Source: Raillietiella orientalis (lineage: Eukaryota). From it: a stretch of DNA of 64,000 bases. The stretch is taken from the NCBI GenBank assembly GCA_036172245.1, contig JAYWIR010000036.1, positions 1,860,001-1,924,000 on the forward strand. The letters are read 5' to 3'. The notes beneath the pieces were generated by a model. It searched no databases. It was not told where the DNA came from and was given only the letters and a program-made list of their open reading frames with translations. This document shows positions 1 to 11,857 of the stretch, piece after piece (the stretch's first letter is position 1; every line of letters begins with the position of its first letter). The position numbers were made by a program, and so were the translations under genes.

Positions 1-1190
1 ATGCCGCCGAGGCGAAGTCGGCAACAGCATTAACAGCTGTTGCCAAGGTAGCGCCATACTTTATAAAATTCCTTCAGTCGTTTGCTTCGCTCCGCTCCAG
101 ACCGTCACAATCCCGCATGAAGAGGAGCCGACAAACGTCCCTGGGAGGGCTGCTAACAGGGATCTGGAGGGTAGTCCCGGTTCCACAGAGAACGGAAGGC
201 AACAGGGCAGTCGACTAGCAGGAGTGGGAACGATTTGTTCCCGCACCTGGCACAGTTGGGATGCATCCTTTGCAGCGTCCAGAAATGGCTGATATGATAT
301 CCTTCAGCACTGAGGGTCAATCGAGGTCTACGGTCATGATGCCGACCAGCTCGCTCCAGCGCTGCAATCCACGCGAAAGGACTCTCGGGGTCACGGCGTC
401 CTTCCGCTCGTGGTCCATCTGCTTGTCAGCTTCTGTCTGCCTGTGATCTCGCAGGAGACCTGCCACTCCGGCGTCTGGCTGCTGCGAAGTACCCTCAGGA
501 AAGGCATCGCCGTAGCCAGGGGCTCATCTCCGCCCACGTACTCCTGGCTGGACACTCCAGGACCTTCCGCAGCGAGTAGAGGACGAATTTGCTAAATGGC
601 AGGCAGTTCTACGTCTCTCTTGGCTGGTTCAGCTTCGCCCACGTGCCAACTGTTTCTGGTTACACATTATCCAGCTGTTCTCTTCCGCCAGGGTGGCTAT
701 GTGTCCAAAGCGGAGGTCGCATCTTCTGATCTTCCGGCCGCGGCATAGAATACGCAAGCCCTTCCGTTCCAGATACACAACGGGCGAGGAGGGCAGAAAC
801 GCACCAGGAGGTGCTCCAATACTGCTGCGAGGCATATGGTTCGCCATCTCAGCTGAATCTCCATCCGCTCCAGCGTCAGGAGGCTGAGACCGCCATTCCG
901 ACGCAGAGCACACAAGTCCTTAAAAGGAAAACGGGGCTTCCCACTGCCCCAGAGGGCGACACGGAGGAGGTCCTTAGTTCTATCTTTCAACTGGGGGAGA
1001 CGGGGCAAACCAAAAGCAGGGGGCGGATGAGGGGGGGCCGCAAACGCGTTCCACACCGCGGCCTGTTGCCCGATCGGCCCGTCCCTGTCCTACAGGAACG
1101 CGCCGATCGTCAACTCACTTTCTGGAGACGGATCTGACCAGACTTTGCGGACATTAGTCCCTCAACTGAACGCCAATGTACTTTTTCAAT
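1..1190 (-). mobile_element. Degenerate L1/Tx1-like ORF2 fragment (post-RT region to zinc finger)
   Basis: Minus-strand LLRVALWGSGKPRFPFKDLCA / LLTLERMEIQLRW matches LLRNALWGPARSRIRLKDLAA...ILTLERI of better copies in this window; multiple frameshifts. Confidence 0.8.
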
Positions 1191-1204
1191 TTACCTGCTC
1201 GTGG

Positions 1205-1410
1205 TTCACCCGATTGTGATTATTTTTATTTATTTATTAACAAAACATGTGTTTAGGGCCGATGGCGCTACACAACGTCCAAAAAAAGTGCGGAACCGAG
1301 TTACCGGCACCCAGGTCGGCGAGGTTCGACTCGGCAGCGAATGGGAAAGGACAAACCAAAAAATAAACGCTATTTACAAAAAAAACAGGAGGGCCTGGGG
1401 AAGGGATTAC
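1205..1410 (-). mobile_element. Isolated 3' UTR of family A/B element
   Basis: Reverse complement aligns with the 3' UTR at 22170-22399 (ttgtaaatag...gtcctttccc...cgctgccga) and ends cgggtg. Confidence 0.7.
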
Positions 1411-1479
1411 GTTCCACTGCAGACGCTTCGTGAATTCGACGTCCCTTCCTTTGTTTGTGTCAGCGTGTAGTGTCCCTGG

Positions 1480-1875
1480 CGTCCTATGGCAACGATGTCT
1501 GCGGACACCGCGATGGAGCTAGCAGTGGGAGAGGCCAGTTCCACTCCCCAACATACGGAACTGGAGGCAACCGTCCCCAAGAAATCATCCCCGCCGATGG
1601 CGAGGACATAGCGCTCTAGTGGCTGCACCAACGGCGGCTACTTTGGCTGAAGAGTCGGCGTATAGTCCTTCTTAATATGTAAAATAGGTGGTCTTTTTTG
1701 CTCTCTAGGGAGCTGCAGAGGCTGAAGATAAGGAAGAAAGATCTTGAAGGTCTCATCATCCTTTCCGGGTCAGACCGAAACCCGGAATTTTCGAAAGCTA
1801 TAACAAGCTCTTCAGTGGGATGACTGCAGCGCGTATCACAGTACACAAAAATGGTGGGCTTTCCCACAGACTAGG
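1480..1875 (+). mobile_element. ORF1 remnant, internally deleted
   Basis: 1787-1873 reads FESYNKLFSGMTAARITVHKNGGLSHRL, homologous to FEGYNSFFGGQDAARVMVKNDCGLPHKL (7.7 kb). Confidence 0.65.
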
Positions 1876-1899
1876 CATCGCAAACGAGAAGATCGGCGG

Positions 1900-2490
1900 A
1901 ACTGCAAAATAACCCCTTTCGTGAACTGCCGTTAACCAGTCCCTGTTGTGGGATCCTAGCAGCCAAACACCATGTACAAATTTTCACTGCAAAATAAATG
2001 AGATGGGTGAGATCGGGCAAGGATCTTTGGACTCACGCCGCAAACACCGGAAAATTTGCGGAGCAAGCATAGGGAATACAGAAAAAGGGAGGGCTGGGGG
2101 CTTGGGTCACCGGGATCGACCGTTCTTAATCATCCGTAGACCGACACTCTATGCCGGCGATCTCCGACTTGCAACCGTGGCGATGTAGGTGACATCCCTC
2201 CCCCGCCTGGTGGTCTCCATTTCGGTCTGTGACAATGGTGCGTAACCTATGGTTGCGATCACCGCTCCAGTCGTTTGTCCAATCGGGCAATCGCGCGGCA
2301 GGGGAGTCAATTAAGAAAGGGCTAGGGGGCTCCGCGCGATCCGCCGCTGCCTCCACTGCCGAAAGTGGAAATTCCGTTCCGGGAATGAGGTCAATAAAGG
2401 CCGATAAACCGTGAGACAGCGCGAAGGTGTGTCAAAGGGTTTGCGATAACGCGCGAACTGTATGCACTACTCCGTTGTGCATTGAGGGGG
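1900..2490 (-). mobile_element. Degenerate ORF2 C-terminus plus 3' UTR
   Basis: SEIAGIECRSTDD* resembles the family-A terminus REIAGIHRRF*, followed by a pyrimidine-rich UTR. Confidence 0.5.
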
Positions 2491-2499
2491 CTTCAATAA

Positions 2500-4085
2500 G
2501 AAACCCCAGAAAGGCGGCTGGAAGTCCGGAGACAAAAACCGGAAAAAGCGGCGGCGCATCGCTTAAAAACACGCTGCAACCAGCCACATCCTCCCCAACG
2601 AGATAGACGAGAAGAGCAATCTCCCGACTGCCGCGGAGGAGGCGCTATTGCCACCTTTTAAGGGTGCAGGGAATGCTCTGACCCAGGAGACTGAGGAGGC
2701 GTTCGTGACGGAAGTCGCGGAACCCTCCGAGGAAACTGACGGAGTGTGGAAGGTTGTGGAGAAAGGGAGAAAAGTAAATCGCTGCCGTCATCTCGCATAG
2801 CGCGAAAGCTGCGATCGCCGGCAACCATGCTCCGGTGACCGCAAAAAAGGGAGTGACCGCGGTGTCTTCCGCGTGCACTTCGGAATTGACGCGGCAGGTG
2901 AGTTGGGAAGCGCTCGCGCATCAATCAGACTCCGAAACGGAGTCTCATACAACCGCCGAACGTCGCGTCACACGTGCGGAGGCCGTAGCGCTCCGGGCTA
3001 ATGCCTTAAGGAGCGAAACGAATGCCGTGAGACTGCGAGAGCTCACCACGGAGCGTCAAAAGAGTGCTCGTTTCTTGAAAACGAGCACTGCGTGCAGCAC
3101 CTTGGAAACCGGTGGCGACCTCGATATCCACCCAGTCGTGCTGCTTACTGGCCGCTCGCCGGATAAAGCTAGCAAAAAGCCGCCGACCTTCCAGCCGTGA
3201 AGCGAGGAATCGCAGAACGACGAGTGGTCAGTGACGGTGTGAAGTGGTCCGAGTCCATCGATCTCGTTATAACGAACATCCACGCGCCGAGTGGCTCTCG
3301 CTACCACGAAGAAAGAATTGCACTCTTCGAGAAAGTGAAAAGCCGCTGGCTCAACATCTCCGGCCACCAAGTAGCTCACCTCGTCGCAGGGGACTTCAAG
3401 GTCCACCTGCTCGCTGACGAATGGAGCTGCCCGAGGGAGCTCTCGCTGGTCATCGAGATGTGCGCATCAGTGCACACTGCCAACTTGATGGTCGGCGTAC
3501 CTGAGATGCCAAAATCGCCGGATCTAGTGCCCCCCTAGTGCTCCAACTCTCGTCGCTGATGCGAGACGCGGGCGATGTCCCCGCCTCGTTTCGCTCAGCG
3601 AAGGTGCGTCTCCTGCCGAAAGACTGAGATTTGCGCCAACTGAACAATTGGCGTCCGATCACATTAGTGAATTCGGACGTCAAGTTGTTCTCGAAGCTTT
3701 GGGTGGAGCGGATGAAGAGGATCGCGGAGTCTTTGGTAAGTCCGAAACAGACCTACGCTGTTCCCGGGCGGTCCATGGACGCGAACCTCTTCTTCATACG
3801 CATATGGCTGCAATTGCAGCATCGCGTGGATCGTCGTGCGGAAGCGACGCCTTCGATCTCTCACCGACGGAGGCGCGGGACGCAAAAGGAAACTCCGGAA
3901 GCCTTGGCGGTTGCAGTCGATTTGCACAAAGCTTTCGACTGCGTGATCCAAAAGCTACTTCTCGAGCTCTTGAAACGTCTGGAGCTCCCGGCATCCTTGG
4001 TAAGGTACTTGCTCTCCTGCTGGCGCCACGTGATAACATCCATTGCTTTCAGTGGCTGTCGCGTGTACGGCGTGCCGGGAAGGGC
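2500..4085 (+). mobile_element. Family A fragment: ORF1 tail, partial APE, deletion, RT N-half
   Basis: KWSESIDLVITNIHAPSG...HLVAGDFKVHL (3197-3538), then NWRPITLVNSDVKLFSKLW...PGRSMDANL...AVDLHKAFDCV (3631-4085). Confidence 0.9.
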
Positions 4086-4089
4086 GGTA

Positions 4090-6620
4090 TGAGATTCCAG
4101 AGCCTCAACTCGTCCAGCAAACGTCTCGGAAGAAAACCTCCGAGACAGCTGAGGACTCGGATGGTTGGCAGCTGGTGAAGTTCCGAAAAAATCACAAAAA
4201 CCGACAAAAACCGCAACGGAAAGCGGAAAAAATAGCGACTTGCGATGTGGAAAGTGCAAAACCGTGCCGAGAAAAACTCCGCGGATGCGCGGTTGCATTG
4301 CAACTCGTGCAGGCTCTCCATGCTCCCACCCGCCGTGAAATTATCCCTGTCGTCCCCGCCACGCAGGACGCCCTCGAGGGTGAACCCTCCATCAGCACTG
4401 ACGGTGAACCGTACAATACGCTCGACGGGAGCTTTGGTGCCGCTTTCGAAGGAGCCGAGGAAGAACTCGCGGCCTGTTAGCTCGAACGTGTAAACACCTC
4501 GGGCAAGGACAAGAAAAGTACGGCCGCAGTAAAAACTGCGGAGGCGGCCGAGTCTGACCCGGATGCCGTAAGCGCATCCTCCTCAGCAGAGGCATTCGCC
4601 CAAAAGTCGGGACGTAAGTTCCAGAAGCCGAAGAGACCCATCGCACCTCAGTGCGATAAGGCTGAACCGGCACTAGAAGAGGAAAGGGGCAGCGTGGAAA
4701 CCCACAATGGGAATCTTCCAGGCCCGGATGCCGCACTGCAGGTAACCCCCATGGAGAAAGGTGAGCAAGTGGGTGACGCGACCCCTCTGTGCATCCCCCT
4801 GAAAGACATACCCACATGGAGGAGGGTCGGGAGGTGGGTGAGGCGACCCCGCTGTGCACCTCTCCTGGCAGACCTACCCTCATAAAGGAGGTTCAGCAAG
4901 TGAGTGACGCCCCGGCCCCTCCAGGCGGCCCTGCTGACCATTCGACCCCGAAGGAGGAGGGAGAACAGCCGCGCGAAGCGCCTCCCCCTCTTAGCGTCCC
5001 GCTCGATCAGGTGGCGAGAGCTGCATTGCCAAGTTTCCAGGCTGCTGGACTCGCCTGTCGCCGTCGGATACGCGTGCCCTGTTGGAACGTCAACGGGCTA
5101 CGCGACGACGGCAACAGGCGAGATACGGCCGACACCTTGAGCGAGTTCGACCTGGCGCTGCTGCAGGAGATCCATGTGATCACCTCAGGAGAACGCCCAT
5201 GAGATCGAGACGATCGCAGTGGGCCGGCTATACTGGCAATGCGGGGCCCGGAACACCTGTGGGGTCGCGTTTTTAGGGTCAGGCAAGGAGATAGCTTGAG
5301 TCCGTTGCTCTTCAGCATCTACTTTCGATTGGTGCTGGAGGCTCACAGGCTGACGCTCGCCAATCTGCCGAGCTCCTGTGCAGGTACGCCGGCCGTGGCA
5401 GCCTATGCGGACGACCTGCTTCTCCTGTTGCCCATGTCCACCCCGACGGCGTCGCTTCAAGATTCTCTGAGTTCATCCGTCGCGGAGCGGGTGTGAGCGT
5501 CAACAGGAGCAAGTGCATGGTCGTCCCGGTGGGAGCGACGTGGGAGGGGCATTCCGACTGGATCCGCCTGGGGATCCCCACGGGCAGGTACTTCAAGCAC
5601 CTTGGCGTGCCGTTGGGCGACTTCTGTCTCAGAAGCGTGGTCAGACTGCCTTCGGAAGGCAGAGCGTGCTTTTGGTCCGTTCTCCGGTGGCGAGTTCGTT
5701 TTGCCGGAACGGGCCAGCATATGACACACCTTCGTTGCCCCCCTCCTCCGTTCCCCACAGGAAGTCAAGATCTGGACGCAGCCTCTTCTACGCCTAACGT
5801 TGTGGGGTACTGCAAGATCTCGGGTCAGACTTGGTGGCGCCACGTCAGGATACAGGCTTGGGCATCCTCGACATGAACAGCATCGAACACCAGGTGCAGT
5901 TTCGTATGGTGCGAATCTGTGCCAAGCTGTGGTGTACGCCGTGGTGCTTATCCGCGCGCCTTCTACTAAGGCGCTGCACGGACAGCGAAGGACTACTTTC
6001 GTTGCTGCCCCACTTTCGGCACACCAGAAAAGGGTTTGGCTTCCCACTGAGGCAGCTGTGCTCGCTGCTGGAAGCCCAAAGTTGGATTTCCTGCCGCCCC
6101 ATGAACACTAATGCAAGGCGGCAAGAATTTTTTTCATCGTGAGCCACTTACGAAGGAATGAGCTTGGAAGATCTTCGACGCCTGCGACTTCTCTTGAGCC
6201 ATCCTCTGGACGGAGTTATGCGGGAGAAGTTGGATAGTCTGGCCGCAACACCCCTCGCCGCAGCGCTGTCTGCCCTCAGGGCAAGCAACGACAGTTGCCT
6301 ACCGGCGGAATGGGAGCTCTCCTGCACAATTGCAGGAGTGGCTAAGCTCCTCGGTGGCTGGTCGACAAAGGAGCTGGTGGAAGTCGCCACTCCTCGGAAT
6401 CGGGCGAAGGGCCTGCTTCGATGGAGAGAACAATTAAGTGTGCCCCACGAAGAGATAGTGGTCCTTCCCGTTTGTTTGGACAGCTCCGTGTTCCCCTTAA
6501 AATAGAAAAAAGATGTGCTGCTCTTTTTACACTGGGGATTCCACTGTAATCGGCAGCGAAGCATCATTTTCGGGGAGCTGCTTCGCCAAACTATTTGAGG
6601 TGCGGAGAGATCGCGGCTGG
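4090..6620 (+). mobile_element. Family A fragment: ORF1 tail, APE start, deletion, RT C-half and C-terminal region
   Basis: CWNVNGLRDDGNRR...FDLALLQEIH (5080-5180) jumps at about 5275 to VRQGDSLSPLLFSI...AYADDLLLLL; decayed post-RT region to about 6610. Confidence 0.9.
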
Positions 6621-6649
6621 GGAGAATCCCGGGATCCGTATTAAGTCCG

Positions 6650-6905
6650 GAGCAGTCCTACGTGGTTCCCGGACGGTCCATGGAGGCGAACATCTTTTCG
6701 CGAGCACTTGGATGCAGCTGCAGGAGGTCGTGGCGCAGCAGAGCCGGGCTGCAGCGAAAGTCGCAGCCGCAGAACACGCGTCGACGACAGGAGGGAACGC
6801 CAGGTGCCTTGGCGGTCGTGGTCGATCTCCATAAGGAGCTCCTCTTGGAGCTTGTGGAACGCCTCGGATTCACGGCGCAATACCTGCTTTACTTGCGCGC
6901 TTACA
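6650..6905 (+). mobile_element. Family A RT fragment
   Basis: VPGRSMEANIF...GTPGALAVVVDLHK. Confidence 0.8.
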
Positions 6906-6972
6906 GGCTGACGTTAACCAGGGTGACCTCTGTCTTCGCCGCACCTGACAGCAGGCGAATATTGAAATTTAT

Positions 6973-7490
6973 CATCCGGTCACGCCGGGGCGTTTATCAA
7001 TAATAATAAACCGGTCAGGGACAATGTCCCCAACCAACACAACGACAGAGAACAAAGAGAAGTTACCGGCACGCAGTCCGGGTAAACAAATCGCTCGCGA
7101 CATGGGATCAGTAAGAGGATAAAAAAAAAGAAAAAACGCGAGGGAAGGGTCTTTGGTGAGGCTCCGTACTCACAGGGATCCAAACAAGGAGCACCTGGAA
7201 TGTTCCAGAGCCTGAGACGCGAGTGTAAAAAAAAAAAATACAGAAACCAATTCATTGAGGGTGGCGCAAGGGTTACCGGGTTGGCCGCTGCGGGGCGTGT
7301 GTAAACCGGCGGTGTATGTCGGTGAGATCCCTTATTGACTCCTCCTACGGAATGAGGGCATCTGGCGGTCGCTTCCATATAGGAGGATGCTTTTCCGATT
7401 ACCTCTTGGTGCTGCCGGTTGATTACCTGCGCCTGACGGACTGAAACTGTTGCGCGTATGTAACCGATGGTTGCAAACCCGTCCTCAGCG
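6973..7490 (-). mobile_element. 3' end of family A/B element (ORF2 tail plus structured UTR)
   Basis: Terminal ataaacgccccggcgtgaccggatg and a CTGCGT-loop hairpin (7066-7081) on the minus strand. Confidence 0.8.
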
Positions 7491-7494
7491 GGGG

Positions 7495-9102
7495 TCAGCG
7501 CGTCGAGGTAGTCTGTAAAGCCTTTACCTTGGTCCAGCGCTTACTTAATACCCCGCTGAACATAGACGGCCTCAAGATCTTTTCGGTAACAATGGATCGA
7601 TCCGTGGTGATCCATCTTACCAGCATCACTAACCGTATGACGCGCTCTGAGGTCAGTGATGAATTGAAAAAGTATGGAGACGTGCACGCGCTGTGGGAGA
7701 AGCTCACGACATTTGAGGGCTACAATAGCTTCTTCGGTGGCCAGGACGCGGCGCGTGTCATGGTGAAAAATGATTGTGGGCTCCCTCACAAACTAGAGGT
7801 GGCCAACGAGGTCGTCGACCTCTGGTACGTGGGGAAACCTCGGTAATGCGGGTACTGCAATGTAGTAGGGCACCTCTGTAAGAGGTGCCCGAATATTGAG
7901 TGCTATTTGTGCGGGGGAAAAGGACACGTTCGACGCGTATGTCCAAAACGTCGCACTCCTCCTGCAGCCAAAAACGCGCAGGCAAAAAGGCTGAATAAGG
8001 TCGAAAGACCAAAAATTGAAAATGGCCGGCAGCACCCGCCAGCGCCCCTTCCTCCTACACAGGCATGTGAGGTAGAAACTTCCGAAGACGCGAGATTTGA
8101 AGAGGCCTGGCAGCTGGTGAAGGCCAGGAAGGAAAGACCCGAAAAAATAGGGCAACAAAAAGCGGAGAAGGTGGCGACCGGCGTTAATAAAAAAAAGAAG
8201 CCGCGATCCGAAACCCTCCGTGAGTGCTCAGTGGCACTGGAGCACGTCGCCGTTCCCGAGGCTGCCACCCGGATCAAAGATCCTCCCTCACCGTTTGCGC
8301 CGCGCCTGAGGTTTGCGAATGCGAACCGTCTGTTCCCACAGACCGTGAGCCGCGCGACGCGACCGCCGACAACGGTGACGCCGCCTTCTCGAAGGCGGCG
8401 GAGGAGCTCGCGGCAATGCTCGGCGTGCGTGAGAACGCGTCACGCAAAGCCGTGCGAAGGCCGACTCCAACGAATAAGGCCCCCGCAGGTGAGTCCGACC
8501 TGGGGGCCGGAAGTTCATCTTCTTCCGTGGAGGCACCACCCCTGAAAGCGGGACGAAAGTCCCAAAACCCTAGGAGGCGCCTTCCGTCAACGAGCGAGGA
8601 GAAGCAGGAAGCCGACGGAAGCGTGGGAATCCCGGAGGGGGATCTCCCACGCTCGGAAGCCGGTAAGCAGGCGACCCCCATGAAGGAGGGTGAGCAAGGG
8701 AGCGAAGCCCTCCTGCATCCGCCGAACCCGAGCAGCCCTCCCCAATGGAAGAGGGCGATCAGGTAGGCGCGTCACCTCCCTCGTCGGAGCTGTCGGACAC
8801 ACCGGCACCCATGGAGGAGGGGGACCAGGGGCTCGAAGCACCCGCCCCTCCTCCTCCTAGCGTTCAGCCCCAACAGGTGGCGGACGTCGCAACGCCGATT
8901 TCCCAGGATTGGCACCTGGGCTCGCCTGTTGTCGTCGGATCCGCGTGGCTTGTTGGAATGTCAACGGGCTGCGCGACGACGGCAACAGACGGAATACGGC
9001 CGACATCCTGCGTGAGTTCGACCTGGCGCTCCTGCAGGAGATCCACGTGATCACCGCGGCAGACGTCCAGGAGATTAAGACAATGGCGGGGGGCCGGTTG
9101 TT
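7495..9102 (+). mobile_element. ORF1 (RRM-like, CCHC knuckles, K/R/P-rich tail) and first part of APE, cut off by the 3' end of an antisense copy
   Basis: DRSVVIHL...LPHKLEV...DLWYVGKP; CxxCxxxGHxxxxC twice (7847-7945); then ACWNVNGLRDDGNRR...LLQEIH; internal stops and frameshifts. Confidence 0.9.
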
Positions 9103-10930
9103 TATCACCCGGGTGCGCCGGGGCGTTTATTGTAAACTATCCGGGAACAGAGTTCCTGGACAAAGGGGAAAACAAGAGACGAAGGGGGTGGGATCCCCGA
9201 CACGCAGGTCGGTATGCCGAAAGTCCGTAACGGGAGGGAAGGGACCACAAATACACTACTATAAAAAAATAAAAGAAAAAATAAAAGAAAAATATGGAGG
9301 GCAGGGGACAGGGGTCTTTGGTGAGTCCGTTCCTTCCTTTCAAAACCGGCGATGGATGCCGGCGATCTCTCTCCTTACGTCCTGTGGAAGATGCGCCCAC
9401 TCGGCAGCCGACGACATGTTTGTGCTGGCTGATCCGGTGGGCTGACGAACGATGGCCAACTTCTCCAGTTGTCGGTGGGCCTTGTCGATGGCGCGAATGC
9501 AACACACGGTTGCAACAACAGCACCTAAGGACAGGCCGTCTAGCGTGAAGAAGCGGCGCATCAAATCCCTCGCGGTGTCCCCCTGGTGCAGGAGAGCTGA
9601 GGCCAGCCTCCGCCACAGTCCTAGGAGGACACCGCAGTCCAAGAGCAGGTGCGGGAGCGTTTCCACTTCCCCGCACCGCTTACAGTTTGGGGAGACAACT
9701 CCCCCGGAAACAAGGTTCGTGCGCTGGCTGGAGTGAAAACCCCCAATGCACCAGCATAATCACGTCCTGCTTCCACGAAAGGGGGAACACAGAAGTGTTC
9801 AAACACGAGGGAGGAACCACAAGTTCTTCAAGGGGCACACTCAAGTGTTCGCTCCACCGAAGGAGTCCCTTCGGAACGTGGCGAGGTGTGGCGGCGTCCG
9901 CCAGCTCGCAAGTCTTCCAGCCGCCAATAGGTCGCGTTGTTCCTGCGATGGTGCAGGCGACCTCCCATCTCGCCGGATCGCGGCTGTCATCTCTTGCCCT
10001 GAGGGCTGACAGTGCGTCGGCGAGGGGGGTGAGGGCCAGGCGAGTCCACTTCTCCTGGCTGCTGCAGACCTCATCCACCGTGCAGTACGGGGAGAGGTCG
10101 GCGCCACAGAGTTCCAAGAGCGAAACATCCTCGTGCTTTGCCCAGGCATGCAACGATTCCTGCCGCCAGGCTTGAAAGTTCGTTGGGCGGCAGGAGATCC
10201 ATTCCTGGGCTTCCAGGAGCCGGTACAGCGGTTTCAACGGGAAACCGAAGCTTCTCGTGGCGCGCTCCGTGTGCGGCCGCAGCGACAGAAGTCCATCGCT
10301 GCCTGTGCAGCGCCGCAGAAGCAGGCGCGCGGGAGCGCACCACGGAGTGGACCAAAGGTTGGCGCACAGGGCCAACATCTGAAGCTGCACTTGCAGCTCG
10401 ATTCTCTCCAGCGTCAGGATGCCTATGCCAGCATCCCGACGCGGAGCCGCCAAGTCTTTCAGGCGGATTCTGGACCTCGCAGGACCCCACAGAGCGTTCC
10501 TCAACAGGCTGTGCGCCTGGAGCTTTGCCGAGTAGGGGGGCGGGCAAACCAAAAGCAAGGGGCGCGAGAGGGGGACAACGAAGGTGTTCCATATCGTGGC
10601 CCGCTCCGGCAGGACGAACCTGTCATGCTGGAACGGGCTCAGCGCACTCGTAGCCTTCCGAAGGCAGTCCGATCACACTTCCACTGGGCTGATGTTCCCC
10701 AGCGGAACGCCCAGATATTGCATGGAGGAAGCGGTCGGGATCCCCAGGCGGATGCAGTCGGACTGCCCCTCCCACGCCGCATCAATAGGTACGACCACGC
10801 TCTTGCTCCGGTTTACGCTCATGCCCGCTCCCCGGCGGATCACCTCGAAGAAATCCTCGAGACTGGACGCCGGGGTGGTCATGGGTAAGAGGAGAAGCAG
10901 GTCGTCAGCATAGGCCGCCACGGACGGCGT
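9103..10930 (-). mobile_element. 5'-truncated young family A copy (YADD to 3' end)
   Basis: AAYADDLLLLL (10673-10921), 292-aa post-RT ORF (9680-10558), C-x2-C...HLLLDC finger, stop at 9340, intact UTR and terminal hairpin. Confidence 0.93.
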
Positions 10931-10947
10931 TCAATTCCGCGGCGGAA

Positions 10948-11850
10948 TTGTCGGCCTATGTGGAGAAGGGGTACAACCCCTCATTGTTCTACAAGGTAGG
11001 CAATCTTTATTCTTTAGAGAGCGCGCGCGCCTTCTCGAAGGGCATGCGCGCTCTCGATGTTAAAGAGGAGGAGCACAGCGCTATGACCATCCGCAGCGGG
11101 GGTCAGTACGTTGAGGTCATCTGCAAACAAGCAGAGCTGGCCCAACGACTGCTCAAAACCCCCGTTGTGATGGGGACGCGCAGGGTCCTCCCCACTACGG
11201 CGGACCGGAGCATGGTGGTCCACCTGTTAGGCGTGACCGCGCGAATGCGCAAAGAACAGGTTCGCGCCGCTTTGGAACAGTTTGGAACGGTCCACGCGCA
11301 GTGGACGAAAGTTAGTCCTTTCGAGGACTACATGGGGCTGCAACACGGCCTCACGGCTGCGCGCGTGACCGTTCGGGAGGGCTGCACTCTTCCCCACAAA
11401 CTGATGGTCGATGGCGAAACCGTCGACCTCTGGTATGTGGGGAAGCCGAAATACTGCGGCTTCTGCAATACGTCGCGCCACCTCAAAAAGAGGTGTCCCA
11501 ACGTGCAGTGCCAAGTATGCGGCACAATGGTTAATACGAGGGAGGTGTGCCCTAAAGCAGCAGTGCGGGTGGTTTCCAAGAGAAACCTTAAAACACGCGC
11601 CCGGCTGCTGCACAAAAGGCTGGCGGCGAAAGCTGCCGCGAAGGCTGTGCCACCCGCGCCCAAGACCCAGGCCGCACCCGAGACCCCGGCGACCAACGCC
11701 GAAAAAGATGAGTAAGCCAGCCAGGAGACTGGGTGGCAAGTAACAACGGCAAAAAATTCAAGGAAGGAGAGAAGGATGGAGAAAAAAATCGCCTACCAAC
11801 AGAAGAAGAAAGAGCAGGGTAGCGCGATAATTAAAGAGTGCAGCGTCGTC
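10948..11850 (+). mobile_element. ORF1 (gag-like) fragment, open for 255 aa
   Basis: DRSMVVHLLGV...DLWYVGKPKYCGFCNTSRHLKKRCPNVQCQVCG; truncated at both ends. Confidence 0.9.
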
Positions 11851-11857
11851 GTTTATT

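Noticed and set aside
9106..9131. cacccgggtgcgccggggcgtttatt as a genomic target site or CRISPR-like repeat
   Set aside because: It is irregularly spaced and always contiguous with the element UTR, so it is the element's own 3' end.
9103..11850. Twin-priming 5' inversions explaining the divergent junctions
   Set aside because: The geometry fits, but the joined parts are separated by kilobases of element sequence or come from different subfamilies, and no enclosing TSDs were found.
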